Assembly (NCBI GenBank): GCA_963668675.2
Contig: CAXXMB010000001.1
Span: 1,575,694 to 1,639,693, forward strand
Direction of reading: 5' to 3'
DNA from: an uncultured Desulfatitalea sp.
Lineage (GTDB): Bacteria > Desulfobacterota > Desulfobacteria > Desulfobacterales > Desulfosarcinaceae
DNA length: 64,000 nt
The notes beneath the pieces were generated by a model. It made no database searches. It was not told the origin of the DNA and saw only the letters and a program-made list of their open reading frames with translations. A program made the translations under genes and the position numbers. Every line of letters starts with the position of its first letter. Within the stretch, counting starts at the first letter, position 1. Positions 28,869-36,660 of the stretch are shown piece by piece.

Positions 28869-29142
28869 AATGACAGATCACCTCAAAATGGAGTTAAGAG
28901 CCAAAGGGGAGAAGAATGGATTGAGACAATCCACACCCTGCATACCCAGACCCAGCACTGCAGGGAACACCAGCCACAACAAACGCTATGTTGACATCAC
29001 TGCTATGATTCGAAGCCTGCAACGGACCGAGGGCCTGACCGACTGTTTCCGACGTGGTACTGCCGATTGCGATCAACTCAATTGCGCATGGCGCCAGTAC
29101 TGTCTGGGTGGCGTGGATGGTGTTAAAATTGACGATGCGTAA
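28869..29142 (+). CDS. Small protein with Cys4 motif resembling deltaproteobacterial 'SAP-domain' proteins; start uncertain
   Basis: IRSLQRTEG..DCF....CDQ..CAWR..C. Confidence 0.55.
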
Positions 29143-29257
29143 TGATCGATAATCCATTCGTTTAGGCTTGACTTTCACCCCGACAAGAAAATTAAACCCT
29201 CCCGCCGATTATATTGCGGTGGACGAGGGATGAGCTGCGTAAAGAGATCCGCGGGAT

Positions 29258-29569
29258 CTAAATCCTCAAATAGAAAAATTCAAACTCTCCTTTGTTGATG
29301 TCGATCAACAGGTTATATCCCCTGGCCTCGGCAAACACGATCCACGGTGGACGTCCACCGCCACCGCATTCATAAGCAGGCCAAAACTCACCTGTTTTCC
29401 CGCTGTGGAAAGACAGCATCATCGCATTGGGATCCATGGCACGTGCTCTATCCTTGGCGATTGCACTTGCGGTTTCCAAATTCAGATTCTCGTCCCGCAC
29501 CTGGATTGCTACGGACTCACGAGGGTATCGATTTAGTGTCGACTGTATTTGGGCCATCTTCGTCTCCAT
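29258..29569 (-). CDS. AF1514-like (DUF5619) protein
   Basis: A...A....MMLSF, P..EC...PPW..FA..RG and IDIN.GEF.F pattern. Confidence 0.65.
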   Translation of the reverse strand: METKMAQIQSTLNRYPRESVAIQVRDENLNLETASAIAKDRARAMDPNAMMLSFHSGKTGEFWPAYECGGGGRPPWIVFAEARGYNLLIDINKGEFEFFYLRI

Positions 29570-29625
29570 GTTTTATTTTCGGTTGTGGAGACAATATAAG
29601 CGCCGTCATAGAATTGTAAAACCCA

Positions 29626-30561
29626 TCAGACGAGCCAAATCGCCTGCCGGGTTGCCAGATGAATCAGTTTGCGGGTAACGCGCCCCATGCTGAAGGCTTC
29701 AACCGATGTCAAGCCGCGACGCCCGATGATGATGGTGCCGAAGCCGCCCATCTCGACCTCATCGAAGAGCCCCTTAGCCCGGCTGATCTTCTCTTTTACG
29801 ATGGCTGTGCGGAATATTTCCTGATCAAATCCGAGACGGAGCAGTCGCTTTTTGATGTCAACCATGTGCGGTATGATCTCCTGCGTTTTGGCGTCCAGCC
29901 AATGGGTATCGTATCCTGCTTGTATACGATAGCTGGCAGCGGGTGAAGGCAGAGCCAGAGGACGTACGATATGGCACAGCAACATTTCGTCCAACCCCTT
30001 AACCAGTAGCCGACCCACTTGATTGACGCCTTCCTGCACGTGCTTGGATCGATCAAAAGCGACCATGACCTTCTTGTTATCGATTCCCCCGCCAACGATG
30101 ACCAGCGGCACATAGCTGGCCGCCTCTACCAGTTTGGCGGCCACGCTTCCGACCATATAGTCTCCCAGAGCGCCATAGCCCGTGCGCCCGAAAACCAAGG
30201 CGGCGTATCCTTGCTCGGACTCTCCCAGAATGTCTCTTGCGATCCCCGTCTGTCGTGCCTTGATGGTAGTGGTCACATGAGCTGCGGGAAAGCCGGCATT
30301 AATAAAAACCGCTTCAGCCTCATCCATGAAGTGATGGATGTTGCTGCTCGCCTCCGCTGCCCATTGACCGATCTCTTCTGCATAAACCGTTTTCCCCTCT
30401 TCTCCGACCAAATCGAAAATGGCTTCCGGGGCATCTGCTTTGACATGAAAGAGCTCAACTGCAATCTGCTTGGGATCAACCATCTGGCTGACGTAGACAA
30501 CCGAAAGCATCGATTGGGGTGAACCATCCACCGCCAGCAGTACCTTTGGTTTGGTCACCAT
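29626..30561 (-). CDS. Tandem-domain universal stress protein
   Basis: VLLAVDGS, GRTG..MVGSVA, and a second domain with GRRG..MGRV. Confidence 0.9.
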   Translation of the reverse strand: MVTKPKVLLAVDGSPQSMLSVVYVSQMVDPKQIAVELFHVKADAPEAIFDLVGEEGKTVYAEEIGQWAAEASSNIHHFMDEAEAVFINAGFPAAHVTTTIKARQTGIARDILGESEQGYAALVFGRTGYGALGDYMVGSVAAKLVEAASYVPLVIVGGGIDNKKVMVAFDRSKHVQEGVNQVGRLLVKGLDEMLLCHIVRPLALPSPAASYRIQAGYDTHWLDAKTQEIIPHMVDIKKRLLRLGFDQEIFRTAIVKEKISRAKGLFDEVEMGGFGTIIIGRRGLTSVEAFSMGRVTRKLIHLATRQAIWLV

Positions 30562-30624
30562 GTTGCACGTCCTTTCGCTGGTATGTATCCTTGGGGCATC
30601 CGTCCCTTACGCATACTGTGGTTT

Positions 30625-30640
30625 AGCAAGAGATGTGCCA
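30625..30640 (-). promoter_or_regulatory. sigma54 (-24/-12) promoter for the tandem USP gene
   Basis: Minus strand TGGCAC-ATCTC-TTGCT, a perfect consensus ~64 bp upstream of the ATG. Confidence 0.8.
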
Positions 30641-30938
30641 GTCGATTGAACCGATCCATCCATCCGCATTCTGCCGACCCCCCATGTGATGCACATAATT
30701 CTTCCTGTGAACCGTGTCCGTTTCGACCGATATCGATCCAATCAAACTGTCTGGCTGTCTGGCCTGAAGTGTCAAAATACTTTGCAACGTGTAAACGACC
30801 TCACGCAGCACTCAGGCCTGTAAAATTGCAATGGCCGTTCGACAGATCCTCTTCCTTCTTAGGAAAAGAAGTATAGATGACACCCGTCTCAGACATCTTC
30901 ATACCGGCACAGCGGTCGATACGACCTTGGGGTTCAAG

Positions 30939-30954
30939 TGGCATGTCATTTGCT
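30939..30954 (+). promoter_or_regulatory. sigma54 (-24/-12) promoter for the single-domain USP gene
   Basis: TGGCAT-GTCAT-TTGCT ~45 bp upstream of the ATG. Confidence 0.75.
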
Positions 30955-30998
30955 TCGCTTTGATACAAAAAGGGCACCAAAGGTTAAGGAGGATGAAT

Positions 30999-31439
30999 AT
31001 GTATCAGAAGGTTCTCGTACCGTTGGACGGTTCCAAACGCGCCGAAGCAATCCTGCCTTACGTAGAGGACCTGGCCAAACGCTTCAACTCAAAAGTGGTC
31101 TTTCTGTTCGTTGAAGAACCTCCCATGATGCTCGAATTCGATGAGGTTATCGATCGAGAGGCATTCCAAAAGGCGATTTCAAACCAAAAAAAACATTTTC
31201 ACGACTATTTCGACATCCTCTCCCAGCAAACGCGTGAGAAGGATATCGATGTCGAAGTGTGTTATCGCAGGGGGCCGGTCGTCAACGCCATCATCGAAAC
31301 AGCGCAATCCGAACAGGCGAATTTGGTGGCGATTGCAAGCCATGGACACAGTGGACTGAGCCGGGCCTTTTATGGGAGCGTGGCTGCCGCGCTGCTACAG
31401 CAGATCGATCGGCCACTGTTATTGATTCGGTCACTTTAA
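30999..31439 (+). CDS. Universal stress protein
   Basis: MYQKVLVPLDGS and ASHGHSG...GSVA; AGGAGG RBS. Confidence 0.92.
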   Translation: MYQKVLVPLDGSKRAEAILPYVEDLAKRFNSKVVFLFVEEPPMMLEFDEVIDREAFQKAISNQKKHFHDYFDILSQQTREKDIDVEVCYRRGPVVNAIIETAQSEQANLVAIASHGHSGLSRAFYGSVAAALLQQIDRPLLLIRSL

Positions 31440-31462
31440 GAAGCGTAGCTTACAGGCACGGG

Positions 31463-33823
31463 TCAGGAGGGCGATGTGTCATTGCCCGGTTTCGCCCAAA
31501 ACGCCTTCAAGCTCATTATGAATTGTGTTGAATTGCCCATGGGCCGGACCTGCCAGAAAGATGGCAGCAGGGTACGATAAGCCTGCCGGGCATAGCGCTG
31601 GTCGATAAGAAGCACCACGCCACGGTCCGTCTCCGAACGGATCACCCGTCCGGCGGCCTGCAATACACGGTTGATTCCCGGAAATTGGTAGGCGTATTCG
31701 AAACCGCTCGATCGGGTGCGGTCGTAGTAGGATTTGATCAATTCACGTTCGGTGCCGATCCCCGGCAGACCGACCCCGACGATGGCGGCCCCGGTCAGGC
31801 GTTCACCTTTCAGATCGATCCCTTCGCCGAAGATGCCCCCCATCACCGCAAAACCGACCAGGGTGCGCTCAACCCGGTCGCTGAAACGCTCCAGAAACGC
31901 TTCGCGCTCGATCTCTTCCATCTTTTTCGATTGAACGATCGTGTCGATCTCCGGATACGCCTCGCAAAAGGTCTCCTGGATCAGGCGGAGGTATTCATAT
32001 GAGGGGAAAAAGAGAAGATAGTTGCCATCTCGCTGCTTCACCATATCGGCAATGACGCGGGCCACAGATTCTCTGGACGATTCCCGGCGGCGGTAAAGGG
32101 TCGATATGCCCGTGGCGGCAAAAACAGACATATGCTCCCTCGGGAAGGGAGAAGTCAAATTGATCTTTTGGGTATCGTCGGCGCACCCCAGTACAGACTG
32201 GAAGTAATCGCCCGGCGCCAATGTCGCCGAGAAGAGAACGGCCGCCTGGCAGCGTCCCCAGCAATCGATCAACTGGCTGGAGGGATCCATGCAGAAGAGT
32301 TTGATCCGCAGCTCCCTATCCGTGGCCTCCGCGATGGTCGCATACGCCTGGGAGTACTGCTCGGCCACGCGCATAAAACGAACGCCATCAAAGTAGAGCT
32401 GCAGCAGTTCATCGCGATAGGGCTTGGGCTGGTTGAGCCGCAGCCATCGATCCGCCGCCCTTGAAAAAACACGCAATCGCTCGACCAAGCCATCAGGGAG
32501 ATCGCTGTCTACGCAGGTGCCCCCCTCCTCCTGGCAGCGCCGACGCAACGCTGCCAACCATGAGTTAATACGCCCCAAAGCCTTGTGCAGACCAGGCAAA
32601 TCATCTTTGAGTTGCCTGCGCAGGTCGAGAACGGGCTGTTTGGTAAGTTGGGCCGAAAACATCTCCCGGGCGCGGTCGACCAGGTTGTGGGCCTCGTCGA
32701 CCAACACGGCATACCGCCCGCCACCGTCGTCAAACAGCCGTTTCAACCGGACGGTGGGATCGAAGGCGTAGTTGTAATCCCCGATGATGCAATCGGCCCA
32801 GTTGACCAGCTCCAGGGAGAACTCGAACGGGCAGATCTGGTGGGCGTTGGCCAACTGCTCGATCGCATCGCGGGTCAGAGCGTCGATCTCCAGGGCCGCT
32901 TCCAGGGCGGGATTGAGTCGGTCGAAAAACCCCTTGGCATAGGGGCACTCATCGGGTGTACAGGCACTCTGAGGGGAGAAACAGATCTTCTCCTTGGCCG
33001 TCAGTGAAACCCACTTGATCCTCATGCCCTTCTCTCCAAGCGCTCCCAGGGCGTCTTGCGCGGCCAGTCTTCCGGTGGTGCGGGCGGTCAGAAATAGCAA
33101 CTTGCCGGTCAGCCCCTCACCGAGCGCCTTGACTCCCGGATAGAGGGCCGCCATGGTCTTACCGATCCCGGTGGCCGCCTGGGCAAGGAGATGTCTCTCA
33201 TCGCGGATGGTACGATACACCTCCACCGCCATCTCCCGCTGGCCGGGACGATAGGATGGAAATGGGAAGGGCAGATCTCTAAGGCTCGAATCCCGGGTTC
33301 GGGTCCAGTCGGTCAACCACTGCATCCAACGGAAATAGCGTGCGACCAGATCCTCGAAAAATTCGGCCAACCCCTCGAGATCCCGGTGCCGCGTCAGTGT
33401 TAGGGTGCGCTCGCTCTCCAACTGCACATAGGTCAACTGGATATCGATCTCGGAAAGCCCCTCCTGAAGGGCATACATGTAGGCGTAGCACTGGGCCTGC
33501 CCCCAGTGGATCTCACTCTGCCCGGCCTCAATCTCCTTGAGCGGTCGCAGGGTGCTCTTGATCTCCTCCACGATCACCTGATCGGAAAGGCGGAAGAGTC
33601 CGTCGATGCGTCCGGCGATATTGAGGATAAAGTCGGGCTGCTCCACGCTGAGCTGCACCGGAACTTCGGCCTGGTATTCGGCCGGACGCTGGCGCTGGAT
33701 GCGCTGGTGGGCGCGAATCCCCTCGACCGCGCCAACCGAACCCATGAATGCGGCGGTCAGGTCCCCACTGCGCAGGACATGTTCAACAAGGGCTCGGACA
33801 GAGATCGAAAAGGATGGTTTCAG
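31463..33823 (-). CDS. PD-(D/E)xK nuclease + Fe-S XPD/DinG-family helicase; probable CTG start
   Basis: GRIDG..EEIKS and QAQCY nuclease motifs; ATGIGKT, Fe-S Cys residues, DEAH, SAT, EGID and QAAGRVIR; conserved ISVR.LVE.VLRSGDL lies upstream of the first ATG. Confidence 0.88.
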   Translation of the reverse strand: MKPSFSISVRALVEHVLRSGDLTAAFMGSVGAVEGIRAHQRIQRQRPAEYQAEVPVQLSVEQPDFILNIAGRIDGLFRLSDQVIVEEIKSTLRPLKEIEAGQSEIHWGQAQCYAYMYALQEGLSEIDIQLTYVQLESERTLTLTRHRDLEGLAEFFEDLVARYFRWMQWLTDWTRTRDSSLRDLPFPFPSYRPGQREMAVEVYRTIRDERHLLAQAATGIGKTMAALYPGVKALGEGLTGKLLFLTARTTGRLAAQDALGALGEKGMRIKWVSLTAKEKICFSPQSACTPDECPYAKGFFDRLNPALEAALEIDALTRDAIEQLANAHQICPFEFSLELVNWADCIIGDYNYAFDPTVRLKRLFDDGGGRYAVLVDEAHNLVDRAREMFSAQLTKQPVLDLRRQLKDDLPGLHKALGRINSWLAALRRRCQEEGGTCVDSDLPDGLVERLRVFSRAADRWLRLNQPKPYRDELLQLYFDGVRFMRVAEQYSQAYATIAEATDRELRIKLFCMDPSSQLIDCWGRCQAAVLFSATLAPGDYFQSVLGCADDTQKINLTSPFPREHMSVFAATGISTLYRRRESSRESVARVIADMVKQRDGNYLLFFPSYEYLRLIQETFCEAYPEIDTIVQSKKMEEIEREAFLERFSDRVERTLVGFAVMGGIFGEGIDLKGERLTGAAIVGVGLPGIGTERELIKSYYDRTRSSGFEYAYQFPGINRVLQAAGRVIRSETDRGVVLLIDQRYARQAYRTLLPSFWQVRPMGNSTQFIMSLKAFWAKPGNDTSPS

Positions 33824-34134
33824 TCTTCAGCCTTCTTTTCCTCGCACCGGTACGCCTGCAACGCCGCAGACGTATCGGTACTGTGCAGCCAGACGATGTG
33901 TGTGGCCCCCATCTGCAGCGCACGCTCCCTGGCTCTGTTCTCCATGGCCTTCCGCGCCATATAGGCGGAGAGATGATCTGCATTGGCTGTTTCCGAAACC
34001 ATCCCCAGCTGTTGGCAGCCCTGTACGAGCGAGGCCTGGGTTTCAATCAGTTCGGGGTAGGCATTCTGAAATTGGGCACACCCGGTCAACCACACCATTG
34101 CAGAGAGCAGGGCGATGACAAGAGTGGATTTCAT
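33820..34134 (-). CDS. Small lipoprotein (DUF4156-like)
   Basis: Lipobox LTGC; GC..LG.V, R..A..MGATHIVW and AYRC. Confidence 0.7.
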   Translation of the reverse strand: MKSTLVIALLSAMVWLTGCAQFQNAYPELIETQASLVQGCQQLGMVSETANADHLSAYMARKAMENRARERALQMGATHIVWLHSTDTSAALQAYRCEEKKAED

Positions 34135-34331
34135 AACGTTCGATCTCCTGTAATATTTGGGCAGGGCAGCATCGCCTTTATGCCACTCCCAGCTTTGGGA
34201 TGCAATTGGTATGCATCTGTGATAATACCATATCCGAAAACAGATCTTGCACCGGTCTCATCTGTTGTTACTGTCTAATGGATTTGAGAGAAAATTTCAA
34301 ACCATTGAAATGGTCCATCAAGGAGGAAGAT

Positions 34332-35291
34332 ATGCAACTGCGTCAGTTAGGCCGCACGGAGATCCTCATCTCGCCTGTCATCATGGGAACCTGGCAGGCC
34401 GGCAAAGCAATGTGGACCGACATCGACGACAATGAAACGCGCAAGGCCATGCGGGCCGCGCTGGATGCAGGTATCAATACGTTCGATACGGCCGAGGTAT
34501 ATGGCAACGGCCACTCGGAACGGATCATCGCCGATGCCCTATCGGATGTGCGCGACCAGGTCGTGCTGGCATCCAAAGTGTTCTCCAACCACCTCAAATA
34601 CGACCAAGTCATCGCCGCCTGCAACCGATCGTTGAAAAACCTGAAAAGCGACTACATCGACCTCTACCAGATCCATTGGCCTCCGGGGACATTCGGCCAC
34701 CCGCAGGTGCCGCTTGAGGAGACCATGCGCGCCCTGAACGATCTCAAGGAGCAAGGTAAAATCCGCGCCATTGGCGTCTCCAACTTCAACCGCGAACAGA
34801 TGGAGGAGGCCTCCCAGTACGGAACGATAGAGAGTCTTCAACCGCCCTACTCCCTCTTCTGGAGAAATCTTGAGAAGAAGGAGGCGCCCTACTGCGTGGA
34901 AAAAGGGATGAGCATTTGGGCCTATTCGCCCATGGCGCAGGGACTGCTCACCGGAAAATTCGGGCCTGATCATCAGTTTGCCAAAGGCGATCATCGCGCC
35001 GGCCATAGACTCTTTCAGCCTGATCATTTCAAACGGGTGCAACAGGCATTAGCCGAGCTGCGCCCCATCGCGGAAAAGTATGACGCCACCCTCGGACAAC
35101 TGGCCCTGGCATGGGTGACCGCCCAACCTCACTGCTTCGCCATTGCCGGCGCACGCAATACCGAACAGGCGGTCCAGAACGCCGCCGCCGGCGACATCCA
35201 ACTGGAGGTACCGGACCTGGAAGCCATGGACCGCATCGGGCGAACAGTAACAGACCATCTGGATGACAATCCGGTGCAGTGGCAGTGGTAG
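34332..35291 (+). CDS. Aldo/keto reductase
   Basis: FDTAEVYG.G.SE, DLYQIHWP, IGVSNF and YSP.AQGLLTGK; AGGAGG RBS. Confidence 0.93.
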   Translation: MQLRQLGRTEILISPVIMGTWQAGKAMWTDIDDNETRKAMRAALDAGINTFDTAEVYGNGHSERIIADALSDVRDQVVLASKVFSNHLKYDQVIAACNRSLKNLKSDYIDLYQIHWPPGTFGHPQVPLEETMRALNDLKEQGKIRAIGVSNFNREQMEEASQYGTIESLQPPYSLFWRNLEKKEAPYCVEKGMSIWAYSPMAQGLLTGKFGPDHQFAKGDHRAGHRLFQPDHFKRVQQALAELRPIAEKYDATLGQLALAWVTAQPHCFAIAGARNTEQAVQNAAAGDIQLEVPDLEAMDRIGRTVTDHLDDNPVQWQW

Positions 35292-35304
35292 AGAGGCCCT
35301 CAAA

Positions 35305-36147
35305 ATGAATCGCTCCTCCAGAAATTCCATCCTATGTCCCAGCTGCCGCAAACTGATCAGCGAAGACGAGCCCATATGCCCCTTCTGCGGCCTCCAAACA
35401 CCCGGCTCGCGCTGGAAAAACAACCCACTGACCCGCGGATGGGGATCCGGGGACAAACTGATCCGAATCGTCATCTATACGAATATCGGAATGTACCTTC
35501 TGAGCTGGCTGCTCCACCCGCGGCTGACCGGAGGCGGTTTCAATCCCCTCAGGCTCTTTTCTCCCGATCAAAACAGCCTCGCCGTCTTGGGTGCCACCGG
35601 CACGTTGTTGATGAATTATGGCAATGGATGGTGGACACTGCTATCGGCCAACTATCTGCACGGGTCGATTCTGCATATCTTCTTCAATATGATGGCACTT
35701 TATCAAATCGGTCCGCTCATTGCGCAAATTTACGGCGCCTACCGCTTTTTCGCTATCTATACGCTGAGCGGCATATTGGGATTCTTGATCTCCTATTTTG
35801 CCGGCATACCGCTCACTATCGGCGCATCGGCAGCCCTGTGCGGACTCATCGGCGCCGCCCTTTACTACGGCAAGAGCCGGGGGGGGCTTTTCGGCCAGGC
35901 GATTTACAAGCAGGTTGGAGGATGGGCGCTGTTTATCATCCTGTTCGGCTTCATGGTGCCGGGCATCAACAACTGGGCCCACATCGGCGGCATGGCTGCC
36001 GGTGCGCTGTTCGGCCTGTTGCTGTCCTATAATGAACGCTCGCGCGAGACCCTTGTTCACCGAATGATCGCCGGCGGCTGCATGGTGGCGACCGCACTGG
36101 TGCTGATGTGGGGAATGTTCCGTGGAATAATCTTCTGGCTCAATTGA
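35305..36147 (+). CDS. Rhomboid intramembrane serine protease with N-terminal Zn ribbon
   Basis: CPSC..CPFC, HIFFNM, GASA (catalytic Ser) and AHIGG. Confidence 0.9.
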   Translation: MNRSSRNSILCPSCRKLISEDEPICPFCGLQTPGSRWKNNPLTRGWGSGDKLIRIVIYTNIGMYLLSWLLHPRLTGGGFNPLRLFSPDQNSLAVLGATGTLLMNYGNGWWTLLSANYLHGSILHIFFNMMALYQIGPLIAQIYGAYRFFAIYTLSGILGFLISYFAGIPLTIGASAALCGLIGAALYYGKSRGGLFGQAIYKQVGGWALFIILFGFMVPGINNWAHIGGMAAGALFGLLLSYNERSRETLVHRMIAGGCMVATALVLMWGMFRGIIFWLN

Positions 36148-36238
36148 TTGGCTTTACCCCCGCCGGCGTTATCGAAAACCGAATCGTATTTGGCCGAATC
36201 GTATTTGATAGCTAAATATCCGATGACGGGAGCATGCG

Positions 36239-36556
36239 ATGCCCTCCGATGACGACCACAGAGCCGCGCGCAGACTGCGCCGCTGCATCCTGACAAACTT
36301 GTACACCTGGTTCCGCGAGGTGCCGCTGGCAGCCGTGGAGTTGCGGCACGTGGCAGAGACCTGCCATGCCGACGCCCTGGAGCTGAACTGGAATATCGTC
36401 TACCTGGAAAAGAAGGGATGGGTCTTGCTCTCACGCGACATCAACTGCCCGCCCTTTGTCTCTTGCGCCGTGGAGTTGACCGCTGCCGGCATCGATTTAG
36501 TGGAAGATCCCGAGCTGCTTGACACGCTGTTTCCTGCTGACGAGAAGATCAACTGA
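36239..36556 (+). CDS. Hypothetical protein, possible winged helix
   Basis: YLEKKGWV..ELTAAGIDLVE pattern; GGGAG upstream. Confidence 0.6.
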   Translation: MPSDDDHRAARRLRRCILTNLYTWFREVPLAAVELRHVAETCHADALELNWNIVYLEKKGWVLLSRDINCPPFVSCAVELTAAGIDLVEDPELLDTLFPADEKIN

Positions 36557-36660
36557 CATCTTCGACTCCGACTGACCCGTTCATGATCGCCACTCGGAAC
36601 CCGTTAGAACCGGTTGAAAAAAATCCGGACAAAAACAAGCAACCGCCAAAAAAGGAAAGG

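Noticed and set aside
31463..33823. Cas4/CasDinG type IV CRISPR component
   Set aside because: No array or other cas genes; the architecture fits a stand-alone nuclease-XPD helicase.
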